Source of the DNA: the human T2T-CHM13v2.0 reference genome, Homo sapiens | Assembly: GCF_009914755.1 (NCBI RefSeq) | Contig: NC_060929.1 | Direction: 5' to 3' (one strand) | DNA length: 64,000 nucleotides | Shown: in pieces, positions 16,176-41,099 of the stretch | How the letters are laid out: each line of letters starts with the position of its first letter | Numbering within the stretch: the stretch's first letter is position 1 | Notes under the pieces: generated by a model | What the model was told of the DNA's origin: nothing | What the model saw: only the letters and a program-made list of their open reading frames with translations | The model's database searches: none | Translations under genes and position numbers: made by a program

Positions 16176-18122
16176 CACCAAATATATCGTCTGAACCCAC
16201 TGAGCATTTCCAACCAGCAAATGAGAAAGGTTGTTTCAAATAGGTTTAAGGGTAAGAAGAAGAAAGAGTAATAAGTGATAGTTGAAAGTTTGCTACTAAC
16301 TGAAGAAACGGGAAAACCAGAAAATTAGAAGAGCACATGTAGCACCTAGTGTGAGACCATAAGTATTGTTATGAGCAACTTAAGGGCAGTGCCATATTCA
16401 AAGCACAATAACTGACAAGCACGACAGTGACACTGGGTCATTTCAAGAAGGCTAATGATGTTATATGAACTCGATTTCTGAAAGACTAGTGACACACAAT
16501 TAAATAGTTTTATTCAAAATATTACTTTACAAAACAAAATATAAGGGAGATAAGCCTTAGTTATAAAAAACTCAACTTTCATATGTGTTACTTCCCAAGG
16601 CTGTCACAAAATTAAGGCTTTTTACTATATACAGTGTTTAAGAAAGCTAGATTCCCATCATTTTTGGATTTAACAAATTCTGCCAAATATTTGCAGCCTT
16701 CTACAAATGTTAAACATAGAAATTAATAAACTTAGATTAGTTTTAAATATATATGTATATGTATTTCTGGAATATTACATTACTAATAATACATACTAAA
16801 ATCCCAATTTTATAAATGTGATGATGCTATTCCAACGCAAATTTGTGTCATTCCAACCCAGAGTCCACATTGTGTCTACAATCATTATATATTTATATAT
16901 TGTGACTACAATCCAGAGAGTGTATATTATCAGCAGTGTATTTTGAGACTAAACAGATTCAATAGGAAAGGCTTTCTAATACGCTTCAATTACAGAAATG
17001 CAAACATACTAAATCTATTCCACAGGCTTCCCCATGAATTCCACATTAGAGTGCATTTTGTATTGAGCAACTTGATTTAAACTCGATGATTTTAGAATAT
17101 GCTAACGTACAAAGTGCATGAAAAGAACTAAATCCATTAATTAGTATTTGCTGGTGGCAGAGTGCATAGGATATTTACCCTAGAATTCTGCTACATTCAG
17201 AATACAGGTGGAATTTCCTAATGTACTCTTGCCATCACTAATCCTTAAATGCCAAACAGAAGTGATGCAGTAACCAAAGCCTTATCAACTATGCCAGATT
17301 CTACTACCTAGGCATTGCAAGGTCTGCATTTATGATGGACTACCTGAGCTGACAGCACATGGAATTATCTAAACAACATTTGCATATTTGTGTAATTATT
17401 TTCTAAGGTTAATTAGCTCCTGTAATGCATTTCTCCCTTTGAGACTGCTTACAGTGACAGGTTCACATATTTTCTGAACCATTGCCAAATTTGACAGATT
17501 TTTCTTCAGCTAACCTGTTGCTACAAAGTTATAAAAAGTAAGTACTCCTATAATATACACTTTAAACTTACAATTGATTTTAGAAAAAGTAAACTGAAAA
17601 TTTAATGGATGTAAAGGTTTTTTAAATGTCCAATTTTAAAGTCAAAAATTCAAGGTTTTTTACTTCATATAAATCTTTCTGTGATTATACTGGTAAGCAT
17701 ATCTATTAACAAAATATCTTTTAATAATCAAATCTAACCTTTGTGACTTCAGCACATACCTATGTCACTAATTTCAGTTATGTCCACGTCATATAAATAT
17801 GTATATAAGTATGTATGTGTACATACACGCACACACACTTCACACTCTACCAGCTGCCCTTAGTATTGCCATTGATTTGCTATTTACATTGGTGATATCA
17901 ACTGGAGAAATTACACTAATATAAAATCTACACCTGTTTTACGACAAAATTTACAAAATGAAATTCTTTCTTCTAAAAAGTTAAGGCTTTCCACTGGGAA
18001 AAGTATGGCTCAATAAAATCCAAATGGAAGGTAGATAGTCTAGTCTGCTGGATGGAGGATGCAAAAATGTAAGTTACCATCTTGTACTCAACCAATCCAC
18101 AAGGATAAGATGAAAGAAAAAA

Positions 18123-18417
<295 letters not shown>

Positions 18418-19071
18418 TAAAGAAAATTCTTATTTTCAGCAATTGGCCAGTGGAGTATCCTTCCAGAAGAAACGGAACACAGATATGGCTCTAATCCAGA
18501 AAGACACACACAAGGAAATTTTATGCTTTAGCTTTAAAGCTTTAAACTTTTGGATGATTTTGTTATTTAACTCTTTTGTATATTAACTGAGTATAAATTG
18601 TGCATTAATATAGAACAAAACATTTAAAAGAACAGTTATATGTAAAACATATTTTACCTTGTCACATGAGATGTAATTTTATTTTATCCAATTAAATAAT
18701 TTAGATTAAAATGTTTTCTTCATTTTGGCATATTTTAAATGTATGCTTTTTTACAAATTGTATGCATTTGTATTTAATGATGATTAAAGTACTAGGTGTA
18801 TACTGGATGCATAAAAGTAACACTATAACATGCATATACTAAAAACATATTCAAAATTGAAGGACATTATTCAGTCCCAAAATATTAAATTGAACCATAT
18901 AAGTTACCAGTATTAGAAATTTTGGACCTTGGAAAATGGCAATTTCACAAGATTCAACTTTAAACATAATGAAAATAGACAAAAAAAAGTCTATAAGCTG
19001 GAGATACCTTGAGACTATCAATTTGTTTCTACCTTTTAGGTGTCAAGATACTATTTGCAGCACTCAATCTT

Positions 19072-22332
<3,261 letters not shown>

Positions 22333-23280
22333 CAGCACTCAGTCTTGAAGACAGATTCAAGGCTACATTACTGGTCAATATGGCTACATTAATAAAATTA
22401 TAAATGGTTATGCACAGAAGACATCTGTAGTGAATATAGCTGACAAACGATAAATATTCAGAACCATATTTAAATATTTGAATTTAGCAGATATTTCACA
22501 TTTACCATGTCCAAAAGTAAACTCTGAATTGGATTCCCAACACCACAATGTCTATTCTTTCCCAACTTGTTAAGTGGTAACTCCACCCACCTGTTTTTCT
22601 CAAGCCAAAAATCTGGAAGTCACCCTTGACATCTTCCTCCTCTTCTATCACCCATATGTATCCAATTTAACTTATCCTTTGACATATTTCTAGAATTCAT
22701 AAACTTATCTCTACTTCTATTCTTACTACCCTAACACTAACACCATCTCTTGTCTTGGACACTAGACACTTGAACTGGCTACATGCTTTCTCTCATTTGG
22801 TCTTTACATTAGATATTATGATGCAGACACTCTGAATATAGCAATTTACAGAGATTAATTAATTAATTAATTTGATCAAGGTCATAAAACCAGTGTGATT
22901 GCAAGCCAGTCTGTGTGGTTCTAGTGTTTGAACTTCTATGCTATACTAACTATCCCTTTAAATCATATGTATTAAAGACTAAACAAGTAATTATGGCCCA
23001 TTATTTACAGACAGGGTGACAAATACTTTGTGATTGGGCCATACTGCCACAAAATGGGTGTGACCTAAAATAGGAGGCATATAGAACTGGTAGGATTCTT
23101 AGATTCCAAAACTGGGCTCCACTGTACTCCTGGGAATGTCCATCAAAGTAAACATTGACAATCCTACTCACTTTAATAAAATTTAGGTCTTTTCTTTTAG
23201 TGTAATATACAATGCAAGCATAATAATGTTAACTGAAAATGCCTCTGCAGCACATACTGTGACATGTACTGATCTTAAAA

Positions 23281-23650
23281 CAGTCAACTCTCCTTATCTG
23301 TCGGTTCTGCATTAGCGGATTCAACCAACCAATGATCAAAAATATTTTTGAAAATATTTTAGAAAAAGAAAGAATGGTAGCATATATACCCAACATGGCC
23401 AGACTTTATTTTCTTGTTATCATTCCTTAAATAATACACTATTAACAACTATTTACATAGCATTTACAATATATTAGGTAGTAAAGTAATCCAGAGATGA
23501 TTTAAAGTCTATGGGAGGATGTGTATAGGCTACATGCAAATACTATGCCATTTTATATAAGTGACTTGAGCATCTGTGGATTTTGGTATCTGAGGCGTGA
23601 AGGAGGGGCTGTCCTGAAACCAGTTCCCTATGGATACTGAAGGACAATTA
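23281..23650. mobile_element. MER2-like Tigger MITE
   Basis: cagtcaactctccttatctgtcggttctgca...ggattcaacc...tggatactgaaggacaatta. Confidence 0.8.
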
Positions 23651-24309
23651 TTTATGTCATTTAATCCTATGAATTAGGTACCATTATTGTCCCCATAATC
23701 AGATGAACAGGTAAAGAATGATTAGGAAACTAATTATTTGGCAGAGCCAGAATTCAAACCTAGGTAGTCTGAGTTCATACGTGTAATCTTAATCACTTTA
23801 TATAACCCTGTTAAAACACATTTAATATTCTTCTCTCCATGCAGGCATAACGAGTATTGCTATTCTTTATAGTAATGAATAAAACAGCAAGAGGCCATTA
23901 AGACAAAGGGACGCGAGTGTTGCTTATGTATCTAACAGTATTGTGGGCCAGGTTGACATGAAAAAACACCTTCTCTGTGAAAATGAAGGAGTCTGTTTTC
24001 TGAAAGTTCAATGTGTCGTTTTCCTTCAATAGCTTCTGACATCATATAAGAGGGACACTGAACCTAGCTTAAAACCTATTATTAATTTTCTGCCATTTAT
24101 TAATCTAAAACAAAAAAATACAGCTAAGAGAAAGAAGCTAGACACAAAAGACTACATGCAATATGTTTCAATTGTTAGGAAATTCTAGAAAAGCCAAAAC
24201 TATAATGTTAGAATGGAGGTCAGTGGTCAGCAAGGTCAGGAAATGGGAGGAAGACTTTGGCTGCAAAGGGGCACAAGAGGAAACTTTTTGGGGGTGATGA
24301 AAGTAACGG

Positions 24310-24503
24310 GTTAGAAAACAGTGAGCTGCAAGCTGCCTGCCTGTTTTTGTAAATAACATTTCACTGGAACACAGTCATGTACACTTGTTTATATATCATC
24401 TATGGTTGCTTTCACCTCACAACAGTAGAGCTGAGCAATTGGGACAGAGTCAGTCTGGCCTACCAGTCTAAAGTAGTTTAAGAAAAAGTTTGTTGATCCT
24501 TTC
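24310..24503 (+). mobile_element. MER58A hAT MITE
   Basis: ctgcctgtttttgtaaataacatttcactggaacacag...gaaaaagtttgttgatcctt. Confidence 0.8.
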
Positions 24504-25508
24504 TCTAAATACTTATGATCTCAGTTCCAGCATAGGATGGCAGATTCAAGATCCGTATCTGAGTGGATTATCTCCACAAACCCCCTAAAACTATGGTAAA
24601 AGATTTTTTTTAATATAGACATAAATCAGCAAAGACTAGGAGAACAAGGAAGGAAAAAAATGACAACATTTTGGAAGAGAGAGCAGATAGAAGAGTGGTA
24701 ACTAATTTAGCACATCTGACAAAGTCCAATCTCAAGCTGGCAGTGGGAAAGCTGAGAACCAACTCCATTTACACTGCAGAATCCTCCAAAGCATAGGGAC
24801 AGGATTCCAGGTATCTCTGGGATTGAAGGAGAGTGACATGTACATGCTAAAATAAGGCTGTTTGAGAAATATTTTCCCATCTTCCATTCCACGTGCTTGG
24901 CAAATGTCTTTGCACATCCTGACAGGAGAGGTTTTGAAATGGGGCTATCAGAAACAGTTGGCATCAGCTTCATAAGAAAAAACAGAGATAAAGTGACCAT
25001 ATGCAAACTGAATGTGGAATGTAGTTACCTATCCCAGTTTCATCACCACCATCCCCCAAACCCCCGGGCCTTCATCCCTTCTAAACTTCCCCACTGTTGG
25101 CAGTCAGACCCTTAGACTTCAGGCAAAAGACTGGAAGACTTCTTTGGAAAATGAAATCAGGCTAAATAAGACAAAAAGTTCTAAAGATATAGATGGGTGG
25201 GAGTGTGCATGGGGGAAAGTTCCCAACAAATAGACTACTCAGATTAATTATAGCGAAGCTCAAACATAGTAAGTCCCACCCAGATGCTTAGAGATTCCAA
25301 TTACTTTTTAATCCCTACTGATAAATATGAATAGACTGCCAAACATTATTAGACATATGGAAAATGCCTATAAATACAAAATATAGAGTCCTGAACAAAT
25401 AGACACTTGAAAGAAATGGAAGTTTTGCAGACAGAGAAAAATTTCAAAAACACTTTCATTATTATCTTCAGAGATACTAGTACATGCATAAAAGTAGAAC
25501 AAGGATAC

Positions 25509-25740
25509 TTTTTTTTTTTTTTTTTTTTTTGAGACAGGGTCTCACTCTGTCACCCAGGCTGGTGTGCAGTGGCATGATCACAACTCGCTGTGAAGCCTTG
25601 ACCTCCCGGGCTCAAGTGATCCTCCAGCCTTAGCCTCCTGAGTAGCTGGGACTACAGACACGTGCCACCATGCCCCACCATGCCTGGCTAATTTTCAACT
25701 GCTTTGTAGAGAGAAGGTCTCACTATGTTACCCAGGCTGG
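25509..25740 (-). mobile_element. AluJ, 5'-truncated
   Basis: Poly-T followed by gagacagggtctcactctgtcacccagg. Confidence 0.9.
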
Positions 25741-26245
25741 ACAAGGGTACTATTAAAAAGAAATATTTGAAGAATAAAAAGAGCTCTTTCAAATTAAAAG
25801 CAAAACAGCAGAAGTGAAAAATTCAACAGAAGGGTTAAATGATTAAGTTAAAGAAATCTCCCAGAAGAAGATATGAAAAATAGGAGAGAAAAGTAATAAA
25901 CCAGGTAAGTCTAGGAGATCCATCATCCAAAAAGCAAAGTTGTATAATGAGAAAACAGAAAAAATAGAAGGCAGGAAATTATCAACAAAATAAGTTTTCC
26001 AGGACATTTGCTGATAGATTAAAGTGACTAAAGTACCCAGTATAATGAATGAAATATATATGTATAGAAAGGTACATCACTGCAAAATTTAGAACCCAGG
26101 AACAAAGAGAAGATACTACAAGTTTTAAGAAAGAAAAATAAAATTTTAGGATTCAGAACAATTTCGGACTTTTCAATAGCAACAGAGGAAGCAAGATGAG
26201 GATAAAAAAACAAAAAAAAAAACAAAAAAAAAACTCTAAAATTCA

Positions 26246-26548
<303 letters not shown>

Positions 26549-28073
26549 CAAAAGGAAAATAATTTCTAATTTAGAATTCTATACCCAGCCAAAATATCAT
26601 AAAATATAAATGTAACATAAATGCAGAAAGTAAAAAAATTTGTATCTCATTCCCTTCTTCTAAAGAAACAACTGGGAGATATGGACATTTAAAATAAGAA
26701 ATAAATCAAGAAAGAGGAAGACATGAAGTATGGAAAACAAGAGAAATAACCTAAGAGAGTAACAGAAGAATAAAGAAAATGCTAAGATGACAGCTGGACA
26801 CCACATACAGCAGTTAACCAGAAAGGTGATACTAGTGTGATTCAAAAGATAGATATGCTGAGAGTTGTTATCACCAAGACCCTCACTACAACTATATTAT
26901 CATTTAAGACATAATTACCTAATGAGCCAGACCTGGATTTATATTTGCATTTGGCTTTTCCTAACCACATACTGTTGAGATTCGTGTTGCCCATTCACGC
27001 TTTGCTGCAGTATCAGCTGAGGACATTTATTACAACTTATGAAAATGTTGTGTTTTCACTAAACTAGGAGGTACAGGTAGACCATGGAAAGCTTAGAAAC
27101 AGAAAATACAGAGCAGAAAACTCCCTCTAGCCATATTTCTGATGATTTTGCCTTCCAGATGCTCCAACTATGAAAAGCTGTTTTTCAAAACTACATTGTC
27201 CACTGATATCCCTATAAGGGGGATCTTGTAAGTGCTTTGGGAATCTTAAGTCAGATCATGATCCATAGTATCTATTAGCTTATCTTCAACTAGGAGTTTT
27301 CATCTAATAGTAGAAATATTTTCCTTTCCTTATACTACCAGGTCTGTGCTCACTGCTTAATGTGTCATAATAAACAACATGCTATTTAGGAGTACATATA
27401 GTTAACATACAGGCTCCAGGGATTAAGATTTGAATCTTTGGAGCCATTATTCTCCCTACCACAATAACCTAGCAAGAACCCTGGGAGAAGGTCCCAAAAT
27501 GTTGCCAGGATTTTTCTTAGAAGCTTGAAGAAAGTAATGGCCTATACTAAGTGAAGATCTCAGCTGTCATTCATCAGAGAGTAATCTGTCACAGAAGAGG
27601 CAGTAAAAAACCAAGAAGGCAGAATGACTCAGCCAGTTTATATTTGTTGGACTCCATCACTAACTTGTGCTGGCACAATCAGAGTATGACCAAAAAAGCC
27701 ATAATGGCAAGGATGCAGGATATACACAGGCCCACAAACATGAATGTATCTTGCTCACCAAGACTGATCTGGCTACTGCCACTTAATGAATACTAGAGCA
27801 GACTGAGAGGCAAAAGAAACACCTTTGGAACGTGAGTGTCTGTGTCTGTGTGTGTTGGAGGGGGCGTAAGATTAAGTGTTCCAGACAGTTCAATCTAGAA
27901 CATCCTATAGACAAAATGGTATAGTCAGAAGCTAAACATGCCTTATAGTATTGCTATCTGAATCTAAAGCTATAATTATAGCTGTAGAGGAAATGAGTAA
28001 ACTGTCTCCAAAGAATTAATGATTAATTTAGCAACTTTGGGATGATCATTTACAATTGCCAGAGAACATATTT

Positions 28074-28090
28074 TCTCTCTCTCTCTCTGT

Positions 28091-28121
<31 letters not shown>
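28074..28121. repeat. (CT)n(CA)n microsatellite
   Basis: Read directly from the sequence. Confidence 0.92.
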
Positions 28122-28125
<4 letters not shown>

Positions 28126-28301
28126 ACACAACCAGACAGTGCTACTTAATTAGCTTTGTGACTTTGACTTACCATCTTAGATGTTCAAACTCTGTATTTG
28201 TCCATGAGAGTCCTGGGAGACCTCTAAAGTTCTATCTTTTTCTGATAAGATAAGGAAAGCAAAGCTTTGGAAACAAAGAGAAGAGTTGCTATCTAAAGGG
28301 A

Positions 28302-28615
28302 GGCTGGGCCCAGTGTGGTGGCTCATGCCTGTAATCCCAGCCCTTTAGGAGACTGAGTAGGGAGGATCACCTGAGCCCAGGAGTTTGAGACCAGCGTGGG
28401 TAACATAGTGAGACCCTGTCTCTAAAAAAAAAAAAAATTAGCCAGGTGTAGTGGCATGTGCCTGTAGTCTTTGCTCACTGGGAGGCTGAGGTGGGAGAAT
28501 TGCTTGAGCCCAGGAATTCCAGGCTGCAGAGAGCTATGATTGTGTCACTGCACTCCAGCCTGGGCAACAGAGCAAGACCATGTCTCTAAAAAAATAATAA
28601 TAATAAAAATAAAAC
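28302..28615 (+). mobile_element. AluJ
   Basis: J diagnostics (gagcccaggag, ggctgcag...gctatgat). Confidence 0.9.
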
Positions 28616-28789
28616 AACGACTGGAGAAATGCAAAATAAGAAGCCTGGCAAATAGCACATAATAAATATTTGATTTCTTTTGGGCTACATCACAAAGGTG
28701 TAATTAAGTTATTTATATACTTGCTATAATTTAGTCATAAACTAAAAACATCTTGAAAATATACTTATTAATATTATAATATTACTTCA

Positions 28790-29352
28790 AAAACATGTTT
28801 AATTTAAAAATACTTTATTGCTAAAAACTGCTAACGATCATCTGAACCTTCACTGAACTACAATCTTTTTGTCAGTGAAGGGTCTTGCCTCAATGTTGAT
28901 GGCTGCTGACTGATCAGGGAGGTGGTTGCTGAAAGTTGAAGTGATGGAAGAAATTTCTTGAAATAAGACAACGATATTTGCCTCATTTATTGACTCACCC
29001 TTCCATGAAAGATTTCTCTGTAGTATGAACCATTGTTTGATCGCATTTTACCCACAGTAGAACTTCTTTCAAAGCTAGAGTCAATCCTCTAAAACCTGTC
29101 CTTGTATCAATTAAGTTTACGTAATATTTGTAATCCTTTGTTGTCATTTCAACAGTGTTCACAGCATCTTCAGCAGGGGTAGTTTCTATCTTATACAACC
29201 ACTTTCTCTGCTCATCTGTAAGAGGCAACTCCTCATTCATTCAAGTTTGATCATGAGATTGCAGCAATTCAGTCACATCTTGAGGCTCCATTTCTAATTC
29301 TAGTTCTCTTGCTGTTTCCACCTCATCTGCAGTTCCTTCCTCCACTGAAGTC
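28790..29352 (-). mobile_element. Tigger1 fragment (transposase C-terminal region)
   Basis: [18 protein letters not shown]...[13 protein letters not shown] resembles the Tigger1/pogo transposase C-terminus. Confidence 0.85.
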
Positions 29353-30187
29353 TAGCAAAGCTAGATTTCTTAACATATAAACAATTCAACTGAAAAACTT
29401 AATATATTTTAGTAAAATAACAAACCAGTATATTTTATCAGCAGTTCTGATTTTAGAATAAGGGCACACCAAATGTTTCCTTTATTGTCCATCACAAAAT
29501 GCAGAGAGAACTTTACCATTCTATTTAAAAAATTTCTCATGTATAGCAAACATATCCTAGTTTACAAAGTTTTAAAATATTTGAAAAAATAAGAAAAATA
29601 ATTATATTTATTTTGATCTGTTGAAAACACTGCATATACTAAAATATAAAATTGTTAATATAAAATTAAGGGGAGGGACTATATCTTGTTACTACTAATT
29701 ATTATACTAATTATAGCAGCTAACATTTATCAGGTAGTTGCTACTTACCAGCTTTGGATCAAGCACTTTACAGGTATTACGTACATATATTACATGTATT
29801 ATGAATTAACATGTATTAAACTACTACTATGGTTCCCATTGTATGGATGAAGCACAGAAAGGTTGAATCACTTATTCCAGGCTAAAATAGCTAATTAGTG
29901 CAATTCAGGATTATAGCATGGGAAGTCTGAATTAAAAATGCCTACTTTTAATCCCTGTGCTATGCTAACTCACCCTTCGATTTTTCTATCCTCCATAGCA
30001 CCTTGCAGTTCACACAAAGGCCTGCGGTTTTAACTTGTACTTAAATGCATTGTTAAGAAATGTTATTTAAAACAGTCTGAAGACTTCCTCAAAGAGTTAT
30101 AACACACTTATTTAACTTCTGTTAATAACATTACAAAATCATCGAAACTGAAATTAAATATCCAAATTTTTTAAAAAAGAGAGATGG

Positions 30188-30493
<306 letters not shown>

Positions 30494-33400
30494 GAGATAT
30501 TGACTGATACGTCCAATAAATGAATTCTAGAAATTCTAGAACCTCTACTACCTTGCTTTCCTTTTTAAGATTAAAATATTATTTTCTTCTTCTCTTTGGA
30601 ACCACTAATCAAACCATAAATATTTTCACTGTAGAATATGTGCTTATTTGAGCCTAAATTCACAAATAAGGATTCTGACCATTGCAATCACTTCATATAA
30701 TAAAATGTGACTAAGTATCAGATTACTCATATATAAAATATTTTGAACTGAAAAGATGAATGATAAATAAAACTGTAATCATTTTAGGAAACTAGGCAAT
30801 CTCAATTTTAGGATAACAGAACAAAGGGCTTCAAAGAATTCTCATATGCTATAAAGATTGTTGGGAGTAGACTGTCACATAGTGACCTTGCTGGCGTCTA
30901 ACATACCTAACAGTATTTGGAAGTGCATTGTTTCAAATCAATAACTAATTAACAAAGTACAAAAGAAGTTGCACAGTTTCCTTAGCTCCTTGTTAAAAAT
31001 GGCTTTTGGCAGCACATGGGCAGAAAGGTCGCTTTTATGACATCTCCAGGAGCCTTTCAACACCCTGCCTCTGTCAGATTAAATTACTTTTAGCAATTAA
31101 TTGTCATAAGTTAAAACAGAAGCACATTTGTTACAGCAGGCTGTCATAATGACATGGTGAGGAGTTGTTTTGATATGAATTTCTTCCACTGACCTTCTAT
31201 CATATCTTAATTTTTGTGGTTGACCTAACTGGAAGATTGGGAGCACGTCGTAGCTCAAAAATCACAGGCCAAACCTTGGGGGTCTTAGGATAGGATACCA
31301 ACAAATAATTGAAAAAAAATTTCCACAGATACTTCTGAAAAGCAGTTTATGAAACAAAGGACTGTGTAACTTGAAAATTAATTTTAAAACAAAATTATTC
31401 CTAACATAAAAATACAGAATGTAAAAAGAAAAATTTTCTACTGAGTTCAAAAGATGAGATTATTATTGCATTGTACTAAAGTTAAGCACCTAGAAATAGT
31501 ATGCTATGAGGAAATATTAAATAATTTTAAAATGTGAATTTCAGGAAGAATACACACACACACACGCAGGATACATATCTTCTACTTGATGAATATTCTG
31601 TTTAAACCTCCATAACTCTGTACAATCAGTTACCAATAATTATTCCTTATCAAATAATTTTCTTTATAAATCTGAGTATGAATAAGACTGAAAAAAATCC
31701 CCTTCTAATTGAGGAATATAATACTTTGGTGAATCCAGTAATAGATCAGATAGTATTTTCAAAAGTGACTGACATATGCAAATTTTTGTCCCAAAGGTAA
31801 AATATTTTTATAGTTGATTTTTCTTCCTATTGCTATGAATCTGCTACATTATTTAGCTATTTTAAAATTTAAGAGAATGTCACAGAGGATGAAAAAAATA
31901 CTGGGTGAAAATTAGGCCAGCTCAAAAGGATAAGGAAAATGAAAAAACATGAGATTTTCAAGAAATCCTAAACCCATGAAAAGTGATAACAGCAGCCAAT
32001 ATTTTTCAAGTGCTTACTCTGTATTTGATATTGTGCAAAATGCTTAGTATGTTCTAATTAATTTAATCCTCATGGTACCCTGAGCAGTCGTTACAATTAT
32101 TATCTACTTTTTATAGATAAGCCAACTGATACTTGAGGACTTTAATTCATTTGCCCAACATAATATAGCTAATGGAGTTTAACTTCAGATCCCATGATCT
32201 TAAATTAACCCTACAGTAATTTTTATATAAGTAACCACATACATACAAATGTGTGCATGTATGTGTGTGCACGTATATGTCCAAGAAAGTCTTTCTAGTT
32301 GTAAAAATAGATCTTAGGCCTAAAACATGACTATTCCTGGAAAACTGATATTCAATTATTCCAATTCACAGTATACACTGAGGAAGAGACCAGAGTTATT
32401 TATCAATAATTTGGATCTAAGGAGCAGATACAACCAGAGCTTCCAGAACCTTAGCTGTGAGAAGTCATAAGCTTATTGAGAAAGACGTAGGTAGGTGTGC
32501 AGGTATGTACAGGGTGGAAGATAACTGACCCTCTCAAATATCTGATGGGATCCTTATTATGATCAGGATGCTGTGAACAGCAGGGGGCCCGTGCACACTG
32601 GAGGGCCAGAGAAGCTTGCTCCTGCTGATTAGAGAATGTCACTAAGTCCTCTGCTCTATGGTTGCCTGTGAGCAGTGAAGTTTTTTTATTCTTAACTACA
32701 TTACAGGGATGTAATGGTGTATTTCTGGAACTCGCCATCAAACTTGTGATGAACATGTTCTAGAAATTAAAATTTAGACTCTTTTTGAAATCATATCTAA
32801 TGGCTGTTATTTGCAAGTAGCAGAATGGGCAAGATTAATACCATATATATTTAACATTTGGAGTCAATATGAACATTTTTTCATACTGTAACTAACTCAG
32901 CAAAATATTCCCTCTAGATATGTTTTGTGAAGGCAACTGTACTGTGGTATGAAATATCCTACTTAAATAAATTTAATCTCCAATATTTACAAGCAAATTT
33001 TTAAAATTAAATCAGTATATTTTCTATTAAGTATGTTTACATTAAATATTAGGGATTCTTAGTCATTGATTGGTTCTTCTTCTTTTTATTTTTTTCCCCT
33101 CTGAGAGTGTGTTCTCTAAGATTAACACTAAGGGCAAAGTGGAATTCATTCATTTTGTCAGATGGACCCAGTTAAGTATTTTTATATTTCAGGGACTGTT
33201 ATAGACAGACTGACAGATAAAATGAAACCTGGTATTCCTTTTCCTTTATTAAAACGAGTGAAAATGCTTAGCAAAGTAGCTCATTTTAAGAATAGAAGAA
33301 TGAATATTTAAATAAAAATTATTTCATTATTTCAGGGAATGACAGAAGTTTAGAAATCATGGCCTCCTGCCTATTTGCATTCCTATGTATTTTACAGAGG

Positions 33401-33533
33401 AAAAAACCTGGCCCAAGAGGTATGATATGACTTATCCATTATATCTTGCTGGTCATTGTAGTAATTTTGTTGGTTGAAATTTCAGTTCTCATAGAGATAT
33501 GAACAGCAGCATATGTAACATTGCATGTATTTT

Positions 33534-40021
<6,488 letters not shown>

Positions 40022-40075
40022 ACATTACATGTATTTTATAAATCTTTAAAGTGACTTCACATACCTCACTTCTTA

Positions 40076-40553
40076 TTTTCTTTAGTCATACTAATGGCTA
40101 TGATTTATTACTGCAAAACATCCAAAGCTAAATCAGCAAAGAGAAAAGGCACATAAGGCAAAATCCAGAGGAAACAAGGTACAAACTTCCAAGAATCGTC
40201 TCCTGGTAGAGTCACACAAGATGTGCGTAATTGCTCCAGCAACAAATTATGACAACACATGTGAAAAGTTGTGTACCAGGGAAGCTCATTAGAGATTCAG
40301 AACCCAGGGTTCTTACTGGAGGCTTGTCACATAGCCACTTCCTACCTAGCACCTTACCAAGAATCCAGACTTCCAGAAGGAAAGCAAGTGTTCAGCAAAG
40401 ACCACATTGTTTGCACAATCATTTTGGGCCCAATGAGCCATTCTTTGTCAGTTAGGGTTCCAGAAACCTTCCTGAAATCCAAATTCCCAGATGATAATCA
40501 AAGGCCAGCTTTGCAGGCAGGCTTTTCTAAGGATAGCCATCTCAGGCCTGCTC
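40076..40553 (-). mobile_element. MER77/MER21-group ERVL LTR fragment with poly-A remnant and long TSD
   Basis: gtcatactaatggctatgatttatt...aatcagcaaagagaaaaggcacat...; direct repeat acctcacttctta at 40063-40075 / 40554-40566. Confidence 0.72.
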
Positions 40554-41099
40554 ACCTCACTTCTTAATTGTCATTACAATCCAATGGAGTAGAGAGGTCC
40601 TGGGAGACCACTTATATTCCTCCATCTCCTTTAGCCTTTATCTAATCAATTGGCATATCCTGCCATTCGCCATCTTAACACTGTACTTCTAAACTGACAC
40701 TCTTAACTACTTCTAGAGCCCATCATCTATTTCAATGGCCTAGGAAGTAAAATTAAGCATATATGCCTGAAGTGACAGCATAAAAAGATTGGCAGTGAGA
40801 GGTGAAATATTAAAATGACAAATAATTGTTATGGTTATTTACCTGCTTGCAAATGTAAAAGAATTCTTCTAGAAAAAGAAACACTATAATGTAAAAATGA
40901 TCATCTTTATAATGTAACATTTTGTTAATATAGACAGAAATTAGGGGAAAGAAGAGGAAAAAGAGGAGAGAGGGAAAAGACTTGTTGGTAGTGGCAGTAT
41001 AATAGAGCTAAAATTCTAACTTCAAATTAGTGAGTGAGGAAGGAAGAGGATAGAAGATTAAAATGAGACACTTCCAAATACTGCAGGTTCTATAAAATC

